Position numbers and translations under genes: made by a program
In this document: positions 49,583-60,046 of the stretch, piece by piece
How the letters are laid out: each line of letters starts with the position of its first letter
Position numbering within the stretch: the first letter of the stretch is position 1
The notes under the pieces: model-generated
Databases searched by the model: none
What the model was told of the DNA's origin: nothing
The model's input: only the letters and a program-made list of their open reading frames with translations
DNA from: an uncultured virus (IMG/VR IMGVR_UViG_3300032167_006623)
Taxonomy: Duplodnaviria; Heunggongvirae; Uroviricota; Caudoviricetes
IMG/VR virus record: IMGVR_UViG_3300032167_006623
Length of the DNA: 64,000 nucleotides
Strand: one strand, 5' to 3'

Positions 49583-51976
49583 TCAATTACGACCTGTTGT
49601 GGTAAAGGTTCCTGAGGAACGAGTTGTAACAGGTGTTGTAACTGACGATGTATCTTCATCATCTTCAGGAACTGTAGTCACAGCTGTAGTTACAGAAGAT
49701 GTAATCTCAGACTCTTCGGGAACTGATGTTTCCGCTGTCTTTTCATTGCTTGTCTCAGTATTTTCTGTTTCATTGTCTGTCAATGCGTCAGTTACAGCAC
49801 TTTCAAGCTCTGTTGTAGTATTTACCGTATTAGGGTCAATCACATTGATTTCAACATCACTTGAATTGTTTGTAAGCTCACCCGCTACAATTCTGTTCCA
49901 GTAAACACCGCCGGCTACAAAACCGCCTGCAATTGCCGCAATTGTGATTGCAATAACAAGAATCGTTGCCAATCTGTTATTATGCTTATGCTGCTCCTTG
50001 TAGCTTTCGAGCGTCTGTTTCCAAGAATCTCTGTCATCCTGAGCCTGTGTGAGCCTATGCTCGTAATCCGCTCTGACATTTTCCTGAGCTTCATCTGCTC
50101 TTTTGATGGCTTCATCAAGCTGCTTCTGCAATCTTTCTTTATCCTGTTCAAGAGCAGATGTTCTTGCATCCATCTGTTCCTTGATAAGTGTATTCTGATT
50201 TTCAGCCTGAGCAATAGTTGCTTCGGAACGTGCTTCAAGAGCAGCCTGAGCTGTCTCGAATTCCTTTCGGATAAGCTCAATTTTAGCAGCCGCTTCAGCT
50301 CTTGCATCATTAACCTCATTGGAAATACGATTACGCTCTTCTTCGATAGCCAGACGCTTAGCGTCTTCGGCATGCAGCTCTTTCGTATATTCACGCATCT
50401 GTTCGGCACGTTCGATATACAAAGCATTTTCTTCTTCAAACATAGCCTTGTATTCTTCAGCAAGTTCCTTAAGAGTCATAGTTACGTTCATATCAAGAAG
50501 AGTAAGTGCTTCACTGCGTCTTGATGTATACAAATCACTGATAGCACGATTATAGTCGTTATCGATTTCAGCCTTTACAAGGCTTTCAACCTGATTCATA
50601 CGGTCATTGCAGGTTCTCTGATATTTATTGTTATACTCGCTTCTCGCCTTTTTGGCTTCGGCTTCACAATACTCTTCCAATGACTTGTTGTATTCATCTT
50701 CGATTTCTTTACGCTTCGCTTCAATTTCTGTGGCAACAGATTCAACTCTTTTTTCTCGTGTTTCATCAATGTTCCACTTTCTTTGACCATACGGTGTCGA
50801 CTTATCGTTAATATCGAATTCACGCTGAATATCAAGAATACGAACTGACATAACCATGATGTACTTTTCTCTGAGTTTTTTCAGATTATCAGCACGAAGC
50901 TTCAGCAAATCACGATTTGCATCGGCAGCCATGACATTGAGTCTTTCGTTTACATATGTATCACGAGAATCGATATCGAATTTAATCAAATGGTTATTAA
51001 GTGTGAACAGCTGGTCAAAAGGTTCCGTTGATACAGGTAAATCAAGATTATCAGCATGGAATACACGCTCTATTGTACTCATAATACTGGTTTCAGTATA
51101 TGTGACTTCCTGTTCATCTTCAGCCGGAATATTGGACACAGGAGCTGTGGGCTGTACTGTCTGCTGCTGAACAGGTGCCTGCTGAACAGGCTGAGTATTT
51201 TCAACAACAGGGGCTTCCTGTTTTGGTTCTTCTTTAGGCTTTTCTGCCTTTGGCGGAACCATATCCTTGATACCTGATGTCTCAGATATTTTTTCTGTCA
51301 CCGTATTGACAGCCTTAGTAACAACAGGTGCAGCCTTTTCGACCACATCCGATGTAACATCCTTAATTTTATTTGCAAAAGTTGCAAGAGGATTATGATT
51401 TGCTGTCGGGTCTTCCGGTGAACCCTGAACAATGACATCCTTAGGCTTTACAAACTCAGTAATCTTCTTACTTCCGTTTCCGATATCCCTGAACTCGTCA
51501 TATGTTCCGAACACACCTGTTCTTTCGACTACATTGAGCTTTTTATCAAGCTTAATGAATTCATAGCCGTCAACACGTCTGAACACGCCGTAGTCCATAA
51601 GTCTGTCAAATGTAGCCGCTGACGGAATAAACAGCAATTCATTATTGTTGTTGAATTCATCAGTAATATAAGCATCAATATGATTGCTCTTGATAGCTTC
51701 GATAACTCCGCCTATATCTTTGTTATTGACAGCCTTTTTGTTAATACCGCCGATTTTTGTTACGTCAAGCAGCATACCTATGTAATAGGTCTTACCGTTT
51801 TCCCTGACGATAAAGTTTTCATTCTTTACGATAACATCTGTCATTGCGCTTCCGACTGTTTCGGAAAGATATTCGCCCATTTCAGATTTAGTTGCCTTTT
51901 TGTTTGCCGCAGCAGGTGCGGAAGATGAGTTCTCAGCATTATCAGCCTTTTTACCACCGATGTTAGGAAACTTCAT
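49583..51976 (-). CDS. coiled-coil membrane protein of the transfer region
   Basis: 797 aa; long coiled coil, one TM, S/T/E-rich C-terminal tail; lies between the ClpB-like gene and virD4. Confidence 0.8.
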   Translation of the reverse strand: MKFPNIGGKKADNAENSSSAPAAANKKATKSEMGEYLSETVGSAMTDVIVKNENFIVRENGKTYYIGMLLDVTKIGGINKKAVNNKDIGGVIEAIKSNHIDAYITDEFNNNNELLFIPSAATFDRLMDYGVFRRVDGYEFIKLDKKLNVVERTGVFGTYDEFRDIGNGSKKITEFVKPKDVIVQGSPEDPTANHNPLATFANKIKDVTSDVVEKAAPVVTKAVNTVTEKISETSGIKDMVPPKAEKPKEEPKQEAPVVENTQPVQQAPVQQQTVQPTAPVSNIPAEDEQEVTYTETSIMSTIERVFHADNLDLPVSTEPFDQLFTLNNHLIKFDIDSRDTYVNERLNVMAADANRDLLKLRADNLKKLREKYIMVMSVRILDIQREFDINDKSTPYGQRKWNIDETREKRVESVATEIEAKRKEIEDEYNKSLEEYCEAEAKKARSEYNNKYQRTCNDRMNQVESLVKAEIDNDYNRAISDLYTSRRSEALTLLDMNVTMTLKELAEEYKAMFEEENALYIERAEQMREYTKELHAEDAKRLAIEEERNRISNEVNDARAEAAAKIELIRKEFETAQAALEARSEATIAQAENQNTLIKEQMDARTSALEQDKERLQKQLDEAIKRADEAQENVRADYEHRLTQAQDDRDSWKQTLESYKEQHKHNNRLATILVIAITIAAIAGGFVAGGVYWNRIVAGELTNNSSDVEINVIDPNTVNTTTELESAVTDALTDNETENTETSNEKTAETSVPEESEITSSVTTAVTTVPEDDEDTSSVTTPVTTRSSGTFTTTGRN

Positions 51977-51994
51977 CTGTCATTCACTCCTTTG

Positions 51995-54900
51995 TCATTT
52001 AATGATTTGAACAATTTTGTTATCCTTGTTTACAGGATATGCAACGATACTTGCATTACCTTCAAGCAAATTCTTGTTGTCAACAGCCATATCACCTTCA
52101 ACAACAATCCTTATGCCTATGATATTATCATGAGTCAGCGTAGTATCGCTGTCACTGTTGATAAAATTGATTATTCTCGCAACCTCGATTACAACCTCTT
52201 CTTCAAACTTGGTTGCTACAATACGAGCACCACCTGAATCAGATTCTGTATCCAGTTTATCACGCAGGATATATCTGAGAATATCGTCAGTTGCATAGGA
52301 TAATTTAAGATTATGCTTCTGTTCAACCTCAATACGCAGCTTTTCCATTCTTTTTTCAAGAATTTTACGCTGTGTATCTTCACTCAAAGGCATGAACGGG
52401 CAAATCGCGTCAATACGACCGAGAAGTTCAGGCGGGAATTTATTGTTACCTGTACCTTCAACAATCGCACGTCTGATAACTTTCATATACTTACCAAGTG
52501 CTTTAATCTGGTCAGCTTCAGACATATTGTCATCATTCACGTAGTTACCGACAGTCTTATAAATTTCACTTGCGGCATTGGTTGTGAGTACAATATATGT
52601 ATTCAAAAAGCTTACTTCTCGGTTATTCTGGTCGATAAGACGACCATCGTCAAGAACCTGAAGTAAAATTCTTGTTACATCACCGCAGGCTTTTTCGATT
52701 TCATCGAAAAGCAATACGGAGTAAGGACGCTCCCAGACTTTCGTAGTAACTTCAGTTCTGAAACGTTCAATAGACTGAGGCTGAGAGTATTCAGTCATAT
52801 CAAAACGAATAAGACGTTTTGGGTCTGCGAAAAGAATTTCAGCAAGCTGTTTTGTGAGCTCAGTATTATGAGTCACTACAAAATTCCCCGCTTGATACAG
52901 ATGCTCAGGGTCATCAACCATGATACAGGTCATTTCTTCCTTATAATCAAGCTTACGAATATCACGAATACCGATAACTTCTCCGAATTTCTTGACTCTC
53001 GTTTTATGGGCATCGGATTTCGCAGCTTTGCGAGCAATTGCTCTCTTTCGCTCGACATAAAAGAACTTTTCTTTATCCTGATTTCCGATTTTAACATGAA
53101 CATCGTATTCATCGTTTTTATTATCTCGCTTACGGCAAGATATGTTGCTTGAAATACCAAGAGAATAAAGCACTTCTTGAATATCGTATGCCAATCTCTC
53201 AGACATCGTACTATACGATACATTAAACCGATTATTAGTTCGACTTATTGTTCCATCAGTGTCAAACAAACCCCTGATAAGCTCCCAACGCTGTTTAATC
53301 GAACCCTTTTTGTAAATATCGGGAATATACCGCTTACCCGAATGCTTATTTATAAGCTCCGGAATTGATTTAAAAACATCAGCTGTCTGAATACGACAGT
53401 TTCGTTTATTCTTGTCATAAGGCTTATTGTAAAAATACCAATTATAGTTCGCATTATCTTTACGATAACTGCGAGCACCAATTAAAGTCGCTATACGCTT
53501 GACAACGGACCTATCATTTGATGAAAATGTCAATCCTGACAAAGTAAGACACCCGTTGCCTATCATGCTGCCCACCACATACGGGTGGACTTCATAATCG
53601 ATTTCAGGCCATTGAACAGCCTGATTCATAGGAATTACAAACTTTACAGTATGAGCACGACGACCTTCGTTATAATACTTATTCTGATATTTTTGTCTCA
53701 GTTCTTCCGTTGTGGCATTTTTCCATGCCTTGGAACCATTACCGAATCTGGACTTATAGGTCCAGATATGTTCGCCATTGCAAAGCAATTTGCGTCCATC
53801 TGTGAGCACAACTTCATAAACATCGAGCTCACCCTGCGGATAAACACCTGTTATCTCAACAGGCTTACCTTCACGATTAAAAACATAGTCCCCTACTTTC
53901 AAATCCCCATTCAATTTATAACATACTGAATTATCAGCTGTATAAACAGGAATTCGAGTAGAATTTGTCAACGCCTTACCAACACCTGTCGAACCTGTAA
54001 ACAAGAAACTGCCCATAGGCTTTGTCTTGTTATTAAGGTCAGCGGATGTAATCTGCAATCTTGACGCAACCGCACTGGTTGCAAGATATTGAGCAAATAC
54101 CTTACTGTCAAGACGTTTTTTAATACCGACCGCATCTACGCTTACATTAAGCTCAATACCCTCGGAATATTTCAAAACGTCATACAACAGATTGATGTCC
54201 ATCTTTGTCCCCGGCTCAGCTCTGTACCAACCAACCATAAGGTCGAGCAAAAGAATACTCTTACGAGGCTGAGAGTTCGCAGGAATATATCTGTTACTGA
54301 GTTCAATAATCTGCTCATACAGATATGTACCATGAATTTCATCAGCAACTCCGTAAATCTTAGCAAAGGATTTAAGAATGGATACTATCGCTTCCTTTGC
54401 AGGCGGGAGAATTTCAATTCTCTGAAGTCGCTGTACAAGAGGCTGGTTTGCCGAAATGTATTCTCGGAATTCGGTAAATGTAGTGGCAACTATCGTTCGT
54501 ACACCTCGTGTACCCGAGTCGGCAAGCTGAGGCTTTAAGGCTTCAACAGCTGCATCCGAAAGCATACAAATCAAATGAAATTCGTCAATGAACAAAACAA
54601 TTTCCGTTCCTGACTCTTTAACAAACTTGGCTGATTCATCAAACAATGCTTTGATTTTAACGGCCATTTCATTGTTATCTCTCAAATCAGCAATCATCTT
54701 TGAAATATCGATTTCGAGATAAACACGAGCTGTATCAGCCGCCATAGCACCCTGTACAAGAGCTGTGTTATGTGTTACGATATGTTCTTTACCTGCCTGA
54801 AACAAATGTGACGGCGAATCAACATAGATACAAGTCATCTCTGTTTCATAGCCCAAATCTTCAACTGATTCAACAGCTAAATCATCATAATGCTTATTGA

Positions 54901-56071
54901 AATGCTTGTTGTCACGAAGATTTGCATTAAGCTTTTCCAAATGCTTAGGTAAGCTGAACAATTTAAACTTATTCTCATCGGGAACACTAATATGTACTTC
55001 GTACTCATCGTTTTTATGGACATCATCATTACGATGAGAAACAGCAATACTTGCTCTCATACCAAGAGAACGAACAAGCTCCTGAACATCTTCGGCAAGC
55101 AATTTATTGTTTGTACTGTATGAACAATTACATCTGCCGTTACCTGATACCGTACCGTCAGTATCCATAAGACCTCTGAGCAACGCATATCGCTGCTCAA
55201 TGGAACCCAACATATATTCACGAGGAATACGCCGTTCGATGCTTTTGGTAAAGAATACTTTATCAAAAGAACATTTGCTTGCGAGCTCACTCTGTTGAAT
55301 ATGTGTTGATGTACCTATCTTAGATTTTCTGACAAAATACCAATCGTAATTCGAAATACTTTTAACAACATCAATAGCGCCTATCAAGCTTGCAATCTTA
55401 TCCACAACAAACTTATCATTTGATGATACTGTTAATTGACTATTAGCCGACAAACTGCCATCACCGATTAACGCTCCGATTACATACGGATGAATCGGTA
55501 AATCACGTTCTTCACGCTGAAGCGCATCGTTCATTGGAATGTAAAAGCTTCTGCGTTTGCCCGATGACAAATCACGTGTAATACCGAAATCCATCATCTC
55601 TCTGAGAGTCATTGTTTCAAACGGTCTGTTCGAATAATGAGCTTTACGCTTACGAACATTCCACAAATGTTCATCGTTGCATACAATCCCGGCACCATCG
55701 GGAAATGATACCTTATAAGCATGTTTTTTACCCTGCGGAAATACGCCCAACACCTGTGTCGGTTTACCATTTTCATCGAAAACATAATCACCAACTTTAA
55801 GCTCTGAAATGAGTACATAACCTCTTTCATCGGCTACAGGTATGAGTGTATCATTTGCACAGGATTTTCCTGAACCTGCATCACCCAAAAGCAATACATT
55901 ACAAAGTTCAGGGCGTAAAAGACCCGCCTTGAGCTGACGTAACTGTTTCTCTCTGCCGATAAGCTGACGAGTCATCCTTTTTACAGGTGTCCCATAGCAA
56001 TGCAACATCGGAAACTGCGTCTGAAACTCAGGGCAGGCCGCTAATGCCTTATAAATTTGTGACCCTGTCAT
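51995..56071 (-). CDS. ClpB/ClpC-like double AAA+ ATPase containing two inteins (622 aa after splicing)
   Basis: LIGRE, GDAGSGK|T, LFIDEFH, FLFTGSTGVGK|TEL, RFDMTEY, PYSVLLFDEIEKA, LLQVLDDGRL, FPPELLGRID, GAR. Confidence 0.92.
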   Translation of the reverse strand: MTGSQIYKALAACPEFQTQFPMLHCYGTPVKRMTRQLIGREKQLRQLKAGLLRPELCNVLLLGDAGSGKSCANDTLIPVADERGYVLISELKVGDYVFDENGKPTQVLGVFPQGKKHAYKVSFPDGAGIVCNDEHLWNVRKRKAHYSNRPFETMTLREMMDFGITRDLSSGKRRSFYIPMNDALQREERDLPIHPYVIGALIGDGSLSANSQLTVSSNDKFVVDKIASLIGAIDVVKSISNYDWYFVRKSKIGTSTHIQQSELASKCSFDKVFFTKSIERRIPREYMLGSIEQRYALLRGLMDTDGTVSGNGRCNCSYSTNNKLLAEDVQELVRSLGMRASIAVSHRNDDVHKNDEYEVHISVPDENKFKLFSLPKHLEKLNANLRDNKHFNKHYDDLAVESVEDLGYETEMTCIYVDSPSHLFQAGKEHIVTHNTALVQGAMAADTARVYLEIDISKMIADLRDNNEMAVKIKALFDESAKFVKESGTEIVLFIDEFHLICMLSDAAVEALKPQLADSGTRGVRTIVATTFTEFREYISANQPLVQRLQRIEILPPAKEAIVSILKSFAKIYGVADEIHGTYLYEQIIELSNRYIPANSQPRKSILLLDLMVGWYRAEPGTKMDINLLYDVLKYSEGIELNVSVDAVGIKKRLDSKVFAQYLATSAVASRLQITSADLNNKTKPMGSFLFTGSTGVGKALTNSTRIPVYTADNSVCYKLNGDLKVGDYVFNREGKPVEITGVYPQGELDVYEVVLTDGRKLLCNGEHIWTYKSRFGNGSKAWKNATTEELRQKYQNKYYNEGRRAHTVKFVIPMNQAVQWPEIDYEVHPYVVGSMIGNGCLTLSGLTFSSNDRSVVKRIATLIGARSYRKDNANYNWYFYNKPYDKNKRNCRIQTADVFKSIPELINKHSGKRYIPDIYKKGSIKQRWELIRGLFDTDGTISRTNNRFNVSYSTMSERLAYDIQEVLYSLGISSNISCRKRDNKNDEYDVHVKIGNQDKEKFFYVERKRAIARKAAKSDAHKTRVKKFGEVIGIRDIRKLDYKEEMTCIMVDDPEHLYQAGNFVVTHNTELTKQLAEILFADPKRLIRFDMTEYSQPQSIERFRTEVTTKVWERPYSVLLFDEIEKACGDVTRILLQVLDDGRLIDQNNREVSFLNTYIVLTTNAASEIYKTVGNYVNDDNMSEADQIKALGKYMKVIRRAIVEGTGNNKFPPELLGRIDAICPFMPLSEDTQRKILEKRMEKLRIEVEQKHNLKLSYATDDILRYILRDKLDTESDSGGARIVATKFEEEVVIEVARIINFINSDSDTTLTHDNIIGIRIVVEGDMAVDNKNLLEGNASIVAYPVNKDNKIVQIIK
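52865..53974 (-). mobile_element. intein 2 (370 aa, Ala start, LAGLIDADG endonuclease) in the NBD2 Walker A
   Basis: ALTNSTRIP...HIW...MTCIMV...VVTHN|T; PYVVGSMIGNG and LIRGLFDTDG. Confidence 0.92.
54767..55864 (-). mobile_element. intein 1 (366 aa, Ser start, LAGLIDADG endonuclease) in the NBD1 Walker A
   Basis: SCANDTLIP...HLW...MTCIYV...IVTHN|T; PYVIGALIGDG and LLRGLMDTDG. Confidence 0.92.
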
Positions 56072-56155
56072 TTCTTACTATAGTCCTTTCTCATCGTCTT
56101 TTTAAAATAGTCTGAATATAATGCCAATATCATTGTCATAATATTTTGTAATTAC

Positions 56156-56184
56156 ATTATATCACATCTCGTGCTACCTGTCAA
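56156..56184 (-). promoter_or_regulatory. sigma-A promoter of the ClpB-like/virD4 unit
   Basis: TTGACA-N17-TATAAT with extended TG. Confidence 0.75.
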
Positions 56185-56307
56185 TAGCTAAATAATTCAT
56201 TTTGCCCTCATAAATGAGCATAATTTCAATATTATTATAATATTCACAATATAAAAACAAAAAACATCCCCCATGCCAACCGGCATAAGAGATGTTTTGT
56301 TAATTAT

Positions 56308-58275
56308 TTAAAACCTGAAATCCTGATTATCATTTGTCTTTTCGGATACATCATCTGTGAATCCAACAAATGAAGAAGTAGCCGCAAGCTTTGCTGAACG
56401 AGCTGAAACAGCTGCTTTATCAGACTCAATCTGAGCCATTCTGTCTGCAGCAGGTATGCCGAGTTCCTTGTGTTTTATCAAATCAGACAACAACTTATTG
56501 TTTTCTTTATGCTGCTCAATAGTATCTTTCGAAAATCCTTCTCTGTGATTTTCAGAAGATGGAATAAATGTTGACATATCAAACTTGCCGTGCTCATCAA
56601 GACGAACTACACCTGATATATATCTTTCTGCAGAATAATTTCTGTACATAACACTGCCCCATGCATTTTTATCATCAGCAAGTTTTTTATGGGATTCATA
56701 TTCAGTGATAGCATCTTCAAAACAAGCATCTGACGTGTGTTTACGAAAAGATTTTTCATCAACAGACATTGAATATCCGGCCTTCACTGTACAATCATCA
56801 ATTTTTCCTGATGATTCAGCTAAATTTACAATATCAGCTTTTGATGCTTTAGACATATCAAGAGTGCAATGACATTCCGTTTGCTGACTACTGGTGGATG
56901 GAAAACCTGCACTGACGCTCGTAATCGCCTTTTCCCGTAACAACACATGATAATAACCATCGCTTGTTGCATAAAATGGCTGTGATTCATCTGTTTTATC
57001 AGTCATAGTCTTACTGCGTGGATATATCAGCTGTTTTGGTGTTGGATTAATGGATTCGGCAGCACATAACCCTATCTCACATTCATCAAAGCTGTCCATT
57101 CTTGATTCAAGAATTGCTTTTTTATGCTCTTCATTTTTCTCATAATCGAAATCAACAGCATCTTCAGGTACAGCAAGAGCTTCTTCGATAACCTTTTTAT
57201 ACTGCTCTTCATAAAAAGCACGAGGGTCATCAGCGTTGAATTTTTCATCAAATTCCACACGATTGTCTTCCATACTCTGTCGCATTGTGTTCATATCTTC
57301 TTCTGATATCTGCTGTGAACATTCAAGAGCTTTGGTCATTACTTCAGATAATGTAATATTATGCAAAGATATTGTTCTGAGAGCACAATCTTCAGGTAAT
57401 ACTTCAGGATAAAGAGACGATTTGTCTATTGTATCAAAATCTATTACACCGTTATCATCGACCTGAGCACTGAACGCATATGTTCGAATCTTTTCACCAC
57501 CAACTGTTTCACCTGTGAGAGTTGTAGCATTTGGACGTATATCCAAATCACAATAAGCGCAATCCTTTAATTTGTCCATATTGATATTGCCTGCCTCGTC
57601 AATCGGCACTTTTGCATCAACATTCGCAGCCTCTGTTTTCAAAAATGAAGGCGAATCAGGATTTTCAACATGATAATCAGCTGTGCGTATAGCATTATCA
57701 TATTCACAATCCGATAAATCGTAAATTATTTCAAAAGAAACATTATCTGCTTGATTGTCTTTTATTTGAGAATCGAGCGTGATAGGTATGATATCACCAT
57801 CAGATTTTATTGTAAAATTACCTATAAAATTCTTACGCTTAGTTTCATCATACTGAATCTTTTCCTGAGCTTTAGCTTCCTGTTCATGAACCTTCTGTCG
57901 CCCAGCATTTATATCAGCAACAATCGCCATGTTTTCTTTTTGTAAATCGAAATCCTGTTTTGTGAATGTATCACGATTACAAATGGTAACGCCGTTTGTG
58001 ATAAATTTTCCATTTTCATCAAACGCGTTAGCTATTTCCCCAGCTATACTTTCATTTTCGCTATCGATTGTGTACACACCCGGATTCGTCCTGTCTAAAT
58101 TAAAAGAACGACCATCCACACGTCCGCAATATTCAGAAACCTTATCAGCATATTTCACAAGCTCTTCTTCTGTCAATCCTGTCAAATCGGGCTCATAATC
58201 ATAATGAGCTTCCGGAACATAAGGAATATCAGCAAGAGGGTTTCGCAATGAATGCGATTGATAATTCTTAATCAC
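56308..58275 (-). CDS. acidic hypothetical protein
   Basis: 655 aa; YAFSAQVDDNG.I..DTI.KS.L.P shared with 5654-8035; start codon uncertain. Confidence 0.75.
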   Translation of the reverse strand: MIKNYQSHSLRNPLADIPYVPEAHYDYEPDLTGLTEEELVKYADKVSEYCGRVDGRSFNLDRTNPGVYTIDSENESIAGEIANAFDENGKFITNGVTICNRDTFTKQDFDLQKENMAIVADINAGRQKVHEQEAKAQEKIQYDETKRKNFIGNFTIKSDGDIIPITLDSQIKDNQADNVSFEIIYDLSDCEYDNAIRTADYHVENPDSPSFLKTEAANVDAKVPIDEAGNINMDKLKDCAYCDLDIRPNATTLTGETVGGEKIRTYAFSAQVDDNGVIDFDTIDKSSLYPEVLPEDCALRTISLHNITLSEVMTKALECSQQISEEDMNTMRQSMEDNRVEFDEKFNADDPRAFYEEQYKKVIEEALAVPEDAVDFDYEKNEEHKKAILESRMDSFDECEIGLCAAESINPTPKQLIYPRSKTMTDKTDESQPFYATSDGYYHVLLREKAITSVSAGFPSTSSQQTECHCTLDMSKASKADIVNLAESSGKIDDCTVKAGYSMSVDEKSFRKHTSDACFEDAITEYESHKKLADDKNAWGSVMYRNYSAERYISGVVRLDEHGKFDMSTFIPSSENHREGFSKDTIEQHKENNKLLSDLIKHKELGIPAADRMAQIESDKAAVSARSAKLAATSSFVGFTDDVSEKTNDNQDFRF

Positions 58276-58302
58276 AACGCAAAATGTGCCATCTTCTTTA
58301 AT

Positions 58303-58923
58303 TCATGGTGGTCTATCTTCAATTTTCATTTCAGATTTTTCATTTACAAGGTCTGTTTTGTCAACCCCGGCATTTGATGCAGTTGCTTCCTTATTACTTT
58401 CAGCAGATTTTTCTATATCAGCTGCATCTTTTTTGTTTTGATTGATAGTATTTCGATGGTCCTTTAATGCATCTTCATCAAAAGAAACGGTTGGTGCCTT
58501 AACTGTTTTAGGATTGAGCATAATACCCATATCCCCTCGCTGAGCACTCTTGCAATTCATCAAATGACCACTAACAGCCATACGTGTTGCCTTACCATCC
58601 TGAACAGCATTATCTCCGGCAGCTTCTCTGATAGCATCATACTGAGACTTTGATATATATGTTGTATGCTTTGTTTCACCATTATGCTCATAATTTATCA
58701 AATTAGCATCCGCATAAGGATTATCAATACCAAATTTACCATCCTGTCTGAGTTCCATGGTTACAATATAACCATCTTTGTTTTTTCCGGCTTTGTCAGC
58801 AATTACGCTAACAATGACATCTCTGTTCTTTTTATCAGCAGCATCAAATGCAACCAAGCTGTCACCATTAGTAATTTTTTTCTCAATATTGTCTAAACGT
58901 ACATCATTTGAATTCTGTGACAT
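58303..58923 (-). CDS. LRQDG domain family protein
   Basis: Close paralog of 4252-5091 (RDVIVS.IA...GK.K.GY.VTMELRQDG.FGID). Confidence 0.8.
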   Translation of the reverse strand: MSQNSNDVRLDNIEKKITNGDSLVAFDAADKKNRDVIVSVIADKAGKNKDGYIVTMELRQDGKFGIDNPYADANLINYEHNGETKHTTYISKSQYDAIREAAGDNAVQDGKATRMAVSGHLMNCKSAQRGDMGIMLNPKTVKAPTVSFDEDALKDHRNTINQNKKDAADIEKSAESNKEATASNAGVDKTDLVNEKSEMKIEDRPP

Positions 58924-59006
58924 AAAATCCGTCCTTTCATATCGTCTGTGAATAAAAAACTCGGCACATTTTCATATGCCGAGTTAAAATATATTCAAAT
59001 CACGGC

Positions 59007-59735
59007 TTACTTTTCAAGACCTGTGCTCTGAGCTTCAGCCTCAGGCGCAGCCTTAGCTGCTTCAACACCGAGCTTAACGCTTCTGTTTTTACTAACAACA
59101 TTTTTATCAGATTCAGCTGCCTTATCAGCTTCATTATTGCGATTATATAATTCCGGATTGGCTTTATATAACTCGTTCATAGCATGGCTGTTAGCATACT
59201 GTTTTTTCACCCTTGTTGCAGTAAGACGAGGACAATCAGATGGTTCAAGTGTTGTAGTATCAGGCATCTTGAACTTTTTCTGAGCATGAGTACCATCGGG
59301 TTGTGTTGTATTTGCAGATTTCTCCATAAGCTTTGCTTTGAAGATATAAGCTTCCCTGCCTGTTTCGGGGTCAACATATGATTTGCCCGCACTCGCCTCA
59401 GCAATAGCTTTATATTGAGATTCTGTCATATCGATTCTCTGATATTTAATAGCTTTGCCATTTTCATCAACTTTGCCTGAATTGATATTTTTGAGAAATG
59501 GCGATGAATGCCCGTAACCTTCTTGAATTTCAGCCTTGGTATACATCTCATGATTATGCTGAATATTCATCAACACTCTGCCTTTTTCCGTAACCTTACC
59601 ATCAGTAAAGGCTATCAATTCATGTTTACCGTTTGCATCCATACCATCTTTATTGTATGGCTTTTCATTTTTGACAGCTTCAGCTTTTGCATTCTCTGAA
59701 ACTTTAGCATTTGCGTCCTGAACCTGTGAACTCAT
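59007..59735 (-). CDS. hypothetical protein, divergent LRQDG-family member
   Basis: SQYKAIAEASAG...AYIFKA.L...D.TTL.PS resembles the family core; AAGGAG RBS. Confidence 0.7.
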   Translation of the reverse strand: MSSQVQDANAKVSENAKAEAVKNEKPYNKDGMDANGKHELIAFTDGKVTEKGRVLMNIQHNHEMYTKAEIQEGYGHSSPFLKNINSGKVDENGKAIKYQRIDMTESQYKAIAEASAGKSYVDPETGREAYIFKAKLMEKSANTTQPDGTHAQKKFKMPDTTTLEPSDCPRLTATRVKKQYANSHAMNELYKANPELYNRNNEADKAAESDKNVVSKNRSVKLGVEAAKAAPEAEAQSTGLEK

Positions 59736-60046
59736 AATGACATCTCTCCTTGTCTGAAATTTTGTTATTTTTTCGTAAAAAAATAATAAACACTTTGTTT
59801 ATTTATTATTTACTGAATTCAGTATAACACATTGTCAAGACAAAATCAATACATTTTTTAAAAGTTTGTTAATATTTACCCAAATAGCCTTATTTATGAG
59901 TATAAAATAGTCATTTTGACTTGACATATCGTGACACATTCGTATGGGTATCGATTTAATGCAAATAATTGCAAACTTAAAGCACCATAAAAATAACCCC
60001 GAACATTGTTCGGGGATTATCATTCTCACACATTATTAATAAAAGT

